Shown: positions 41,301 to 51,589 of the stretch, one piece after another
Position numbering within the stretch: the stretch's first letter is position 1
How the letters are laid out: every line of letters starts with the position of its first letter
From: Naegleria gruberi
Lineage: Eukaryota
Assembly (NCBI GenBank): GCA_000004985.1
Contig: GG738846.1
Reading direction: 5' to 3' (one strand)
DNA: 64,000 nt
Made by a program: the position numbers and the translations under genes
The notes under the pieces: model-generated
Database searches by the model: none
Told to the model about the DNA's origin: nothing
What the model saw: only the letters and a program-made list of their open reading frames with translations

Positions 41301-44300
41301 CCATTAATTACTTTTACTATGAGAAAAGTTCACTTGATTGAAACTAAAATGACTCAATTGGGCGACACTTCCTCTATTAAGGCCAAGTTGATTGGTTACA
41401 TTCAAGCTGATTATTATAACTTGAAGATTGCCTCTTGGGAACCAATTCTTGAACCTTATGGTATTGAATTCCTCTTTAGAAGAAAGCCAAATACAAAATC
41501 AGCAACTCCAAATGTAGACAGATTTGAAATTAGAGATTTGGATATTCCAAAATACAAGCAAATGTATCATCCTGAAGAGTTTGATGGTTTATTGTTGAAT
41601 GTTACCCAATCAATGATTACTACCGTTTCTTCTACAGCCAAGTTGTGGAAAGATGAATTTTATACAGAAACAAAGGTATCAAAGAAGTTTGATCCATACT
41701 GTATTAGAAATCATACAGGTCATATTATCAAATTAATTTTCCCATACAATACTCAACTCCAAAAAGCAGACATGTACGAGATTGGAACTGGTCAAGAAAT
41801 GAACTTTTCTCTACCAGAAGATAAAACCAAAACTGCTCATCATGCCATAACAATTGATGTTCCTGGATTTAACAAATTACAAGTTGAATTGAAACAAACT
41901 GGTAAACTCCATATCAAGAATAATAAGAATGAATTTTGTATGGTTGATAATGATTTGAAAGAAGGTAGAAAGATTATAACTATCAGTTCTGGTATTCAAA
42001 TTAGAAACTTGTGTACTATGGATTGGGAAATTGGTTCTCTCAACATCTCCTCCAAGATGATTACCAGCTTTGGTATTGTTAATCCAAAGGAATATATTGG
42101 TATTCCACTGACATCTGTATCAGAAGGAATTCTTTGTATGAGACCTTGTATTGGAGAGGGCTATCAATGGAGTTTACCATCTGGTGGTCTCAAATTTACA
42201 GAATTACTCAAACTCTACAAGGGTAGTAAGAATGTCACTATTACAAATCAAAAGGGCCCTAACATGTTTGCTGTTGTGAGAACCAACTTTGCCCTCGATG
42301 CAGACTATCAACAATTCAGAGAAAAGTATGCCGAAAATCCACTCTTGTATCAAAGATTCTACTGTACTCTTGATATCAAACCACCTTTGGCAATTGATAA
42401 TACTCTTGGAAAGACTGTCGATTTCACAATTATTGCTCAATCACCTCAATCAAATGAAAGAACAGTTGTACAGGAAGGTACCATGTTGAAGGGTGAAAAA
42501 TTATTTGTCTACTCTACAGAAATGAATAACAACATACTCATAAGAGTAAAGGTTGAAAAGGAATGGGTGACTAAAGAATTGGGACTTATCCATTTGGCAA
42601 AGAGAGACGGCACAATGACACAACAATCAACACATATCAATATTGAAAATTCAACAGGAAATTATTCACGTATTTACATTGACTATTCTGAAGTGAATAC
42701 ATCTGCCTACCGTGAAATTATTCTATTCTCTCCATTCTGGATTGTTAATCACACTGGAGAGAATGTAGGAGTTAGAAATTCTTCCACAAGTAACAAGCCA
42801 TTCATTGTTCCAACTGGTGAAACTTTAATGTATGCAGAGACTTATGATCGTGAAAAGATTAGCATTACATGCAACGATTCTGCACCAAGTCCAGCCTTCT
42901 CATTAGCTTCAAGTTGAAGAGAAAGAGAAGATCTACAATTGGCGAGAATACTAAACCATCTCTTACTCATGCAGCCTCTTCAGCTAGTATGATGGGAGAA
43001 GGACAAATGAGTGATTATACAGAGGAAGAGGAGGAAGATTTCAATTTATTCATGCTTGCTGAAATTAACCAAATTGGTGTGTCATTTATTGATAACTCTC
43101 CAAGTGAAGTTGCCTACTTGTTGTTAGGTGGATTGACGATGAGATATGCCACAACAGACAAACATCAATTTATTGAATGTGTGCTGTACAAACTTCAATT
43201 AGATCACCAAGATTATGAGGCTACCTATCCTGTTATTTTATGTAATGTTAATGAGGCAGGACAAGAATTTATTCACTTTAGTTTGTGTAGATCTGTTGAA
43301 AACAATACCAATGTAAATACCTTCCCATACATGTCATTAATGATGAGAGAAGCTCGTTGTGAAATTGACTACCTCTTTATTTCCAAGTTTGTGAAATTGA
43401 TAGGTATCTTGTCAACAGACCAAGATCAAAACAATGAAGCTGATGCTCAAATTGCTGAAAGAATGACCAAACCTGTTGAAATTCCAAAGTCTGAAGCTGA
43501 TGCTGAAAAGTTCTACTTTGAAAATCTCGAATTGCACCCTGTAAAGATCCATTTGACATTCAAACTCAATCAAGCAGAAGATGATAGTAATCCACTTTTG
43601 ATCTTGTTTAAATCTGTTGGTGTCACTCTTACAAGAATTGATAATGCTCCAATGAGATTTAACTCACTCATTCTTAGCCATCCGTTCATGACACTCAATG
43701 CACTTATTGATAAGGTTAAGAAACACTATATTCGTCAAGCCACAGTCCAATTCTACAAGATTTTGGGTTCTTTGGATATTATTGGTAATCCAGTTGGATT
43801 GTTCAGTGATATTGGTACTGGTGTCGTTGACTTTTTCTATGAACCTGCCTCTGCCATCACAAAGAGTCCTGAAGAATTTGCCAGTGGTTTAGCAAAGGGT
43901 TCTATGAGTTTATTGAAGAATTCAGTCCATGGTATTGGTAATTTTACTTCAAAACTTACAGGAAATGTTGGTAATGGTATTGCCTTTTTGACATTTGATA
44001 AGGAATACAATCAACAACGTGACAGACAAGCCAATCAAAAACCAAAAGATATTAAGGAAGGTTTGGCATCTGGAGCCAAGTCTTTATTCCGTGGTATTTA
44101 TGGAGGTGCTACTGGTATTGTTATGCAACCTGTAAAGGGTGCTCAAGAAGAAGGTGCTGTTGGTTTTATTAAGGGTGTTGGCAAAGGTATTATTGGTATT
44201 CCTCTCAAGCCAGTTGGTGGTATTATTGATATGGCAACAAGAACTGTTGAAGGTATCAGTAACAGTAGTACTACACTCTTCACTCGTGTCAGGTATCCTA

Positions 44301-44740
44301 GAACTCTGGCTGACAATGGTGCTGTTTTAAGATATTCATTAACAGATGCTTATGCCAAGTATCTTACTGTCTCTATTGATGATGGTGCCTATGCAAAGAC
44401 CAACAAAGCTGTCTATTACATGCCAGATTCAACAAAGGCTGCTGTTTACTTGATTACTGACAAGTTTATTTTGAAGGTGGACCCAGTTGAAAAGAAGGTA
44501 AAATGGAGAATGCAACTTTCCAAGATTATGAAGGTTGAATTGGTTTCAGAACCTACCGATGCCATTAAAGTGGTAAGCAATGAAAGAGAAAAATCAATTT
44601 TTGGAACTTCAGGAGCAAACATTACGAGATTATTAGATTCATTTGATAAGGAATATTTACACAGATTTAAGAACAAGCTTAATATTGAGTTATCGAGAGT
44701 TTTCAAAGAACAGCAAGAGTTTGACGTTGTAGATTATTAA
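35382..44740 (+). CDS. vps13: VPS13-family lipid-transfer protein of about 3030 aa. Exon 1 is 35382..35669 and exon 2 starts at 35940. The reading frame breaks between 42863 and 42917 and continues in frame 2 to 44740.
   Basis: The N-terminal chorein domain is MFEGIASSIIVKLLGDYIENLDSKSLKIAVWSGSVNLTNL..., and VHIRYED is conserved. A C-terminal ATG2_C/VPS13_C-type block FFYEPASAITKSPEEF...IKGAQEEGAVGFIKGVGKGIIGIPLKPVGGIIDMA matches human VPS13A FFYEPYQGAIQGPEEF...IKGAQKGGAAGFFKGVGKGLVG...GGIIDMA. Confidence 0.8.
35670..35939 (+). other. Intron (270 nt, GTATGT...GATAG) in VPS13, the longest intron in the window
   Basis: The donor follows ...KKCDK directly. The intron is extremely AT-rich. The acceptor precedes YDEQSEKARALLAKQRS..., which aligns with VPS13A. 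Confidence 0.7.
42863..42917 (+). other. Frame discontinuity in VPS13: the frame-0 stop TGA is at 42915..42917, while frame 2 opens from 42863
   Basis: Inserting one T in the TT at 42914/42915 gives a continuous ...AFSLASSLKRKRRSTIGENTKP... Confidence 0.6.
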
Positions 44741-44816
44741 AATAAAACACTTGTATTATTATTATTTTGAGAATTCCACTTTAAAAAATCATTAAACAAT
44801 AAATCTTGATGAGGTA

Positions 44817-45125
44817 TTATTGTTGATATTGGAAAGCATTTTGCTCAATCATTTTATCCAATTCGAATTGAATTATTTCCGTTTTGTCTTCCATTACAAA
44901 TAAATGGGTTTCATCAAGGTCAAAGAGAACAATTTCTGTTCCGATATTTAAATTGAACATCATTCCGATCATAAATATTCCAAGCATTAGATGATTAATG
45001 TATTGAAAGTTAGTAAAATAAACAAATCCATGCATACCATTGTTGTACTTTTTGTTCAGATACAATACAAACTCCTTGATTGCCGGATCACATTCTAACA
45101 ATACTCCACTGATGGCGTTTACCAT
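44817..45125 (-). CDS. gtf2h5: General transcription factor IIH subunit 5 (TFB5/p8/TTDA). Two exons: 45125..45038 and 44935..44817.
   Basis: MVNAISGVLLECDPAIKEFVLYLNKKYNN-E-IVLFDLDETHLFV...MIEQNAFQ matches human GTF2H5 [26 protein letters not shown]...FIIQDIDDTHVFV...LMDQNAFS. The 102-nt intron has no stop, so the track ORF reads through it. Confidence 0.65.
   Translation of the reverse strand: MVNAISGVLLECDPAIKEFVLYLNKKYNNGMHGFVYFTNFQYINHLMLGIFMIGMMFNLNIGTEIVLFDLDETHLFVMEDKTEIIQFELDKMIEQNAFQYQQ
44936..45037 (-). other. In-frame 102-nt intron (GTATGC...AACAG) in TFB5
   Basis: If retained, it inserts a hydrophobic 34-aa segment absent from TFB5 orthologs. Splice signals are present. Confidence 0.55.
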
Positions 45126-45323
45126 TTTTTTTAAACTTGTTTTAAAATTTGATTATAATTTTGAAATAATTTTGAATTAATGGATTTGATGAATGCAAGT
45201 TGTGTGAAAATAAATGAACACAATTTAGAAACAAAGAGAGAATTAATTTTACAAAATAATTTATCAATAGTTTTAATTTACAACTAGTTGATCCTAGTAA
45301 ATTGCATCAAAAGATGACAAAAT

Positions 45324-45599
45324 TTAGAAAGAACAAGTGGCAGTCTTTCCTTGTTCAACACTTTGCACAGTTTGTTGTCCTTGCAAGGATTCAAAAACTT
45401 TAACATGAACGTGTTCAGAGTCACCAACTTTAATCTTCAACTTGTGATTGATTCCGGCAACAACTTGAGTAGAATGAGCAATAACTTCAAAGATATCAAA
45501 AGTACGAGCAGTGATTTCTTCTACTTTAGCCTTGATGCTTTGAGCAAGGGTTCTTGATTCTTCAGTGATTGGTTGATTGTGTGCACCGCCGGCCATCAT
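45324..45599 (-). CDS. Cystatin A/B (stefin)-type cysteine protease inhibitor
   Basis: 91 aa starting MMAGG, with an N-terminal conserved Gly and the QVVAG motif (STQVVAGINHKLKIKVGD...HVKVFESLQ), compared with stefin B SQVVAGTNYFIKVHVGD...HLRVFQSLP. Confidence 0.7.
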   Translation of the reverse strand: MMAGGAHNQPITEESRTLAQSIKAKVEEITARTFDIFEVIAHSTQVVAGINHKLKIKVGDSEHVHVKVFESLQGQQTVQSVEQGKTATCSF

Positions 45600-46199
45600 G
45601 TTGTTGTTTGTATTTATGGAATATTTTTTAATTGTTTTGAAAAGAAGCTTAACGGAAAATCAGAGAGATTTTTATACCCAACGGAAAGATAAGAATAGAT
45701 TTTAAGAAGGAATTAAGAGTTACCTTGTGAAATGATTTCCTTTCGAATGGATGTTACCACTTTTTGTGTTCATCATGCAAGTGATTGAAGGTTATCAGGA
45801 ATTACCAAGGACCTTGAATTTGTCACCAAGCTTGAGAACGGATTCAGGTTAAAATGAATTTGATTTTTTAAAAAATAAAACCATAATTTTATTTAAAATT
45901 GATTTGCCGTTCAAAGCCAATCAGTAATTTTGTTCCAATTTTGATTAGATGATGTATACACATTTATTAAACCCAGTTCACTTTGAAGATTATGTGAAAA
46001 CAACACTTTCCTAAGTAACTAATCTGATCAACTTATTTATTGCCTTAAAAAAGAAAATTATGTTTCAATTCAAAAAATATGATTTTAAACTTTTTTCAAG
46101 TAAACTTTCAAAATTAATGTTGAGGTGAGTTATGGAACTTAAAATAATAGCCTAAATCTCAATGATAATAGATGAAAGTTTAAATAATTTTATTATAAA

Positions 46200-47225
46200 T
46201 TACTTCTTGGTTGTCTTCTTTGTAACTTCAACCTTCTTCTTCTTTGGCTTTGGTTCTGCTACTTCTTCCTTCTTCTTTTCTTCCTTAGTTGACTTCTTAG
46301 TTGTGACTTTCTTAACAACAGGTTCTTCTACTTTTTCTTCAACCTTTTCTTCAACTGTTTCTTGTTCTTCTTGTTCCTCTTCTTGTTCTTCCTCTTCTTC
46401 TTGCAATTCTTCCTTGGTTTCTATCAACTTTCTCTTCTTGATTGTTGGTTGAGCTGAAAGGATATCATGGAACTTTTCTTCAGCATGTACAATTGCTTTC
46501 TTCAACTTGTCTGTTGTATTAGTCAAGAGAGAAGTGGAAGAAATTTCACCATCGGCTTTAGTGGAGAGAGCTTCTTGCAAAATCATGGCAATCTTGTCAA
46601 TATTGACATCTTGTCCGAGACTAATTGTTTCCCTCTTAGACTTGCCTTGTGATCTAATCACAGCATTTTGAGTATTACTCTTATCACCGTGAATATGTAA
46701 TTTACCTCTCATAATTAAATTGGCCAAAAGAACTTCACCTTCACCAATAGTGGTCTTTCCTTTAGAAATAGTAATAACATTGGCAATATAGAGTAAGTTT
46801 GTCAATGAAAATTCGATATGTTCCTTCAACATTGGGAGAGCTCTACTACCGAATGTATATGACTTTTGTGATGGTAATAAGTCCACAAGCTTATCGGAGT
46901 GGAGAACTCTCTTAACATTATCTCTCAAGATGGTTTCAGGAATTAAACACTTTCCGGAGGCTTGCAAAACCTTCGAATGGAGTTCAGTCTTTGTGTATTT
47001 TCTTCCTAAAACATTAATGAGTAATTCTGATTTTGGTTTTCTATTTAAACGTCCTTTTGCGAGAGCTTCAGAATTTCCTTTCTTTTTTGTTGTTGTTTCG
47101 GCTGATGTTGTTGCTTCAACTGGTTTTTCAACTTCTCCAACCAGGTTGTTGAATGCTTCCATCATTGGGTCTTTTGATGGTTGTTTGGCTGGCTTGGACT
47201 TCTTAACTTTTTGCTTAGCTGGCAT
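46200..47225 (-). CDS. Lys/Glu-rich nuclear-type protein with a central region that may adopt an H2A-like histone fold (speculative)
   Basis: The N-terminus is basic, and the C-terminus alternates E-rich and K-rich blocks (EEEEEQEEEQEEQETVEEKVEEK...KKKKVEV). The centre, RALPMLKEHIEFSLTNLLYIANVITISKGKTTIGEGEVLLA, loosely resembles H2A AP.YLAAVLEYLTAEILELAGN...IIPRHLQLA. Confidence 0.45.
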   Translation of the reverse strand: MPAKQKVKKSKPAKQPSKDPMMEAFNNLVGEVEKPVEATTSAETTTKKKGNSEALAKGRLNRKPKSELLINVLGRKYTKTELHSKVLQASGKCLIPETILRDNVKRVLHSDKLVDLLPSQKSYTFGSRALPMLKEHIEFSLTNLLYIANVITISKGKTTIGEGEVLLANLIMRGKLHIHGDKSNTQNAVIRSQGKSKRETISLGQDVNIDKIAMILQEALSTKADGEISSTSLLTNTTDKLKKAIVHAEEKFHDILSAQPTIKKRKLIETKEELQEEEEEQEEEQEEQETVEEKVEEKVEEPVVKKVTTKKSTKEEKKKEEVAEPKPKKKKVEVTKKTTKK

Positions 47226-47537
47226 TTTTTTAATATAATTTTAGATTTAAAAATATTTTTGAACAATTGCAAAATTTTAAAAATTAAAGTTGTTGTGGTT
47301 TTCTCTTGAAAGGAAGTGTTCACTGGAAGTTTGAATGTCAATAGTTGAGTGCACATTTTCATATGAAAATGAGAGAACTAAGAGTTGGATTCAATAAAGG
47401 AATGTTTTCTCCCTTAGGAATGGTTCTTGGCTACCAGTAATTGCCAATATTGGAAAGTTCTCTTTTGCCTGATTAATATTAATTATTCTATCATTACAAA
47501 ATCAATTTCAATTATTTAATCAAAATCATAAAAAAAA

Positions 47538-49280
47538 ATGACAAACAAGAAAAAGCCTAATCACACCAATAAAACATCTTCCAAACCATCGACAATAAAT
47601 ATCACGAGTAGCAGCACAAATTCTCTGAATAATTCGAGTCAGAGTGTACTTTCCGAAGATCGATCGACCAATGTTTCAAAGGCTAGTAACATTTCAAAAA
47701 GTCAAAATACAACTCAGAGTCAGAACTCACAATCAAGGACCTCTTCTTCAAGTAGTAATGATGTAAATTCTATATTATCAAAAAGTACTTTATCAGTGGA
47801 ATCAAAAAAATCAATTCAAGTGGTTCCAAATAATTTTCAATCTTCCATCAAATTTGCTCCAGTGAATGAGAAATTGAAAGAGTTTTTGGTAACTATTGGT
47901 TGTTATTGTTATGAATTGTTTACAGAGGAGTTTGATATACTCCCAGAGGATACACTATTCGAAAATTTATCAACTCCTCAACAATTGAACATGTTGACTA
48001 ATTTTATTGTAAATTATGTTTGTTTTGATGTGAATGGTTCTGTAATGACCAGAAAATTTGTAAAGAAATTGGATAAAACTATTGGAGAAAGTTTAGTTTT
48101 TGATAAGGAGGCCTATCTGAACGATGCTGGAGATCGATTGAATAGTTTCATAACTTTGAGGTTTTTAATTGCATTTTTGAGGGGGAAATTGGAGATGGAA
48201 ATTGATATGTTCGGATATAAGGATTCAAAGCCAATTAAACGAGGCAATGATATCACTGTTGAAGATGTGATGAGAGTTGGTACTGTATTTTCAGCAAAAG
48301 AAAGAAGTGCTGTGAAAGATGTAAAGAAGAAAATGACAAAAGGAGAACAAGACTATGCTTTCACTGATTTCAAGGACCAATTCAACTCGAAGCATGATCA
48401 CAATAAGTGTTTTTTCAAAATTTTCAACTCTTATTTTGAAGATGTTCCTCCTGAAAAACGATTGTGTGATGAGCCTGAAGAAGTCAGATTCCATTTTAGA
48501 AAAACAATCGTTAATGCCTTGAAAGGTGTTGTTCCAATCTCTAAATTCAATGAATCACTATACAGATGTCAAGAAATGGATGTTTGGTTGACCGTATTGG
48601 AAATGATTTTTAATGGATTTGTAACTACCTTTAGTAGTGAGCTGTTTTTTTTTGTGGAAACCAATTTTGATCCTCTTGAGAAGGGTTGGATGGCCCTTGT
48701 CCAGTTTGTCAATCAGAACACTAAACTTTTCAAGAAGGTCTATAAGCCATACATGTATCATAGAGATTTGAACAAGTTGCAATACATTTTCATAGACAAT
48801 GATTTATTTAGTGGCAAGATGAATGAAAAAGCAGCAAACTTTGTTGGATCTGTTACGGACTATAATGCACAAGTATCTCCAAAACGTGATTCACAAGTTT
48901 ATTTCTCTATCTGTATTTATCTATTAATAATGGTAAAGAATGGTTTGAACATTAATAGTAGGCAAGAAAGATTGAGAGGTTTTATGGAAACTTTCAAATA
49001 CCACAAAGAAAACAAGTTGAAATTTTTGAATATTCACGAGCCAGAAAATATCAAAGTTTCCAACGATCTCAAACCTATTGTCGATCATCTTCCAACATGC
49101 TCATACTGTCGAAAGACTATGGAAACTGCCTTGAAATGCTCCAAGTGTAATTCGGTATTTTATTGCAGTACTAAATGTCAAACAAGTGATAGGCCAGAAC
49201 ACAAGCATTCATGTGCAGCTCTTTGTGAAATGATGGCCCTATCGAGTGCTGAACTGAAAATATTTGTAAAACAAAAATAA
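47538..49280 (+). CDS. MYND-type zinc-finger protein
   Basis: The C-terminus carries the MYND Cys pattern CSYCRKTMETALKCSKCNSVFYCSTKCQTSDRPEHKHSC. The N-terminus is S/N/T-rich. Confidence 0.6.
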   Translation: MTNKKKPNHTNKTSSKPSTINITSSSTNSLNNSSQSVLSEDRSTNVSKASNISKSQNTTQSQNSQSRTSSSSSNDVNSILSKSTLSVESKKSIQVVPNNFQSSIKFAPVNEKLKEFLVTIGCYCYELFTEEFDILPEDTLFENLSTPQQLNMLTNFIVNYVCFDVNGSVMTRKFVKKLDKTIGESLVFDKEAYLNDAGDRLNSFITLRFLIAFLRGKLEMEIDMFGYKDSKPIKRGNDITVEDVMRVGTVFSAKERSAVKDVKKKMTKGEQDYAFTDFKDQFNSKHDHNKCFFKIFNSYFEDVPPEKRLCDEPEEVRFHFRKTIVNALKGVVPISKFNESLYRCQEMDVWLTVLEMIFNGFVTTFSSELFFFVETNFDPLEKGWMALVQFVNQNTKLFKKVYKPYMYHRDLNKLQYIFIDNDLFSGKMNEKAANFVGSVTDYNAQVSPKRDSQVYFSICIYLLIMVKNGLNINSRQERLRGFMETFKYHKENKLKFLNIHEPENIKVSNDLKPIVDHLPTCSYCRKTMETALKCSKCNSVFYCSTKCQTSDRPEHKHSCAALCEMMALSSAELKIFVKQK

Positions 49281-49588
49281 TTAGAAACAGCATTAGTTTT
49301 ATTCCTTAGATTTCACATGAATGAATTTTAATAAAGGAATGTTTGTAAATCTTTGTTGAATCTAAATAATCTGTTGTTTTTGAGGTTGATATTGTTTCAG
49401 GTATTTAATTCAAATATATGGTGGGATAACACTTCCAACAATTGTTTCATTTAAGGAGGTAAATCAAAGCTGTGAAATGGTTTAAATATTTTTATGGAAC
49501 TAGGATTAACAATTTATTTTTTTATTTTTGATATTGGAGGAGTAGAATTTCTAGAAAACATACCATATGTATCGATAAATCTACAAAT

Positions 49589-51124
49589 TTAGTGAGTGGC
49601 AGCATGTTCAGAGTGACTTCCATGACCTTCTACGTGGTGTTGATGAATACCACGAGTCAAATAAAACCAGACAAGCCAAAACAAAAATAAAATCCAAGAA
49701 AGAGAGAACATTACAAGAGCAAAGAGATGCGGTGACTTGATACCAATAATATCGTTAAGTAATGGTGATGGAATCATAACACCCAATGCTTGACCAGCTC
49801 CAAAACCAAAGCAAATATCAAAAGCAGTAATACGACCCAAAAAACTATTTGGTGTCAAATGTTCAATTGAAGACATACTATAGACCCACATGGTACCACC
49901 AGCAGCTCCAAGAATAAAGTTAGCGGCAATAAACATGGATGCATGAACAGAGAAGGTCATTAAGGCAAAACCAACAGCCAACATGAAGAAGGAAACTAGA
50001 ATTACAAATCTAGTCCAGAAGGCACTTCTAACTGAACGTCTAATTCTATTACCCAAAATCAATTCACAAACCATTGGAGCAATACCAGAACCAACACCAA
50101 ACAAGCAGTAAGCAAATGTCATTGTAGCTTCAGCACTGTCAAATAATGTCAAGGTTGGGAATTCAGACAATTTAACATTGATAAATTCGACAGAAGCCCA
50201 AATCAATGCACCCAATAATTTCATGACAGTAAAGCTCAACAAGTATCCTTTTCCACTAAATAAAAGCTTGAAACCTTGATATAATTCAACAACACTGTGT
50301 TTGATAACTGGAATTGGCTTTGTTGGGAAATCTGCAGGCTTTGGAGGATTCAATTCAGGGAACCACATTAATGAAATGGTCAAAAGCAAGGCTAGAACAA
50401 AGAGTATTCCGTTAACAATAAAAGTGACAGTCAAATTAGTGAGAGTTGTGACAAAACCACCAATAGCAGCACCAGTATAAGAACAGAATAACCAAGTCAA
50501 ACTATCAAGAGCATTACAAGCAACCAGATCGTTGTGATCCACAACTAGAGGAAGTAAACAACCACGAGAAGCATCATAAAAAGCATTGATAAAGAAAATC
50601 AAGGCAAGAATGACATAGTAAAACCCGAACAATATTGGTGTTTCTTCAATTAAATGACTAAAAAGTAAACAAAAAGCAAGGATAGCTCTCAAAATATTCG
50701 CCACAATTAAAACTTTTCTTCTATCAAAAACATCGGAAAATACACCAGCAAAAGGCATAGCGAAACAGGAAGGAGCAAAGATACACAAAAATACAGCACC
50801 AGTGGCAAAACCAACATTGGATCTGTGTTCAACTTCGTATACAATACCAATTTCAGAGAAATAGTTACCCATACCAGACAAAACACCAGCCATCCAAATA
50901 ATCAAAAATCTCTTGTTGTGGAAAAGAAGTGAAATGTATGGATTACGAGCAAGTTTTGGTTTAGAACTATCCAAGTCCAATTGGGCATAGTTACCAATGG
51001 TATGTGGAGTTTCCATATTCATTTCAACATCAACAGATGGTCTGGATGAAGCATCCAAATCTACAGAAGAACGGTTGTTTTCTTCATCTAACCGAACCTC
51101 TCTCATATCGGCATCGGTCATCAT
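49589..51124 (-). CDS. Major facilitator superfamily (MFS) transporter
   Basis: 511 aa starting ATGATG, with about 12 hydrophobic helices and the MFS-like motif GVFSDVFDRRKVLI between TM2 and TM3. Confidence 0.65.
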   Translation of the reverse strand: MMTDADMREVRLDEENNRSSVDLDASSRPSVDVEMNMETPHTIGNYAQLDLDSSKPKLARNPYISLLFHNKRFLIIWMAGVLSGMGNYFSEIGIVYEVEHRSNVGFATGAVFLCIFAPSCFAMPFAGVFSDVFDRRKVLIVANILRAILAFCLLFSHLIEETPILFGFYYVILALIFFINAFYDASRGCLLPLVVDHNDLVACNALDSLTWLFCSYTGAAIGGFVTTLTNLTVTFIVNGILFVLALLLTISLMWFPELNPPKPADFPTKPIPVIKHSVVELYQGFKLLFSGKGYLLSFTVMKLLGALIWASVEFINVKLSEFPTLTLFDSAEATMTFAYCLFGVGSGIAPMVCELILGNRIRRSVRSAFWTRFVILVSFFMLAVGFALMTFSVHASMFIAANFILGAAGGTMWVYSMSSIEHLTPNSFLGRITAFDICFGFGAGQALGVMIPSPLLNDIIGIKSPHLFALVMFSLSWILFLFWLVWFYLTRGIHQHHVEGHGSHSEHAATH

Positions 51125-51589
51125 TTCGTTTTATATTATTGTTTTTTATAAAATCCTTTCAAAATCCTAAAATCAATCCAACAGAATCCACAATAGAAAA
51201 CGCGCAATAGAACCTGAGAGGTTTCAAGTATTTTTTTTAAAACAAATATTTTTTTAAATTCAATATTTCATTGTTTACGTTAGAGATAGCGCAAATGTAG
51301 GTGTCGTAACAAAAATGGAGAGGTATCCATACCTAGATAACAGCTCATGTTTCCGTTTGTTTTTGATTGAGAAAATTAAATGGAAAATTATTAGAAGAGT
51401 AGTATTCAGAGTTGAATTTCAATCACTATAATGAATAGTTAATCCCTAGTATTATTTAATTTTACATAACAAAGTTAAATTGTTTAATTCTAACTTTTGA
51501 AGTGGTGACCTAAATACCAAGACCAAATTCACACTTTTAATCATGGACTAAAGCTTAGAAATTGTAAATTATCAATAAATTTAAAAAAA

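Noticed and set aside
42889-42974. In-frame 86-nt 'intron' (GTCCAG...CATGCAG) that would repair the VPS13 frame break
   Set aside because: The donor is non-consensus and the composition is coding-like (about 40% GC), unlike all verified introns here (over 85% AT, GTAAGT/GTATGT donors). A 1-nt indel is more parsimonious. I kept it only as an alternative.
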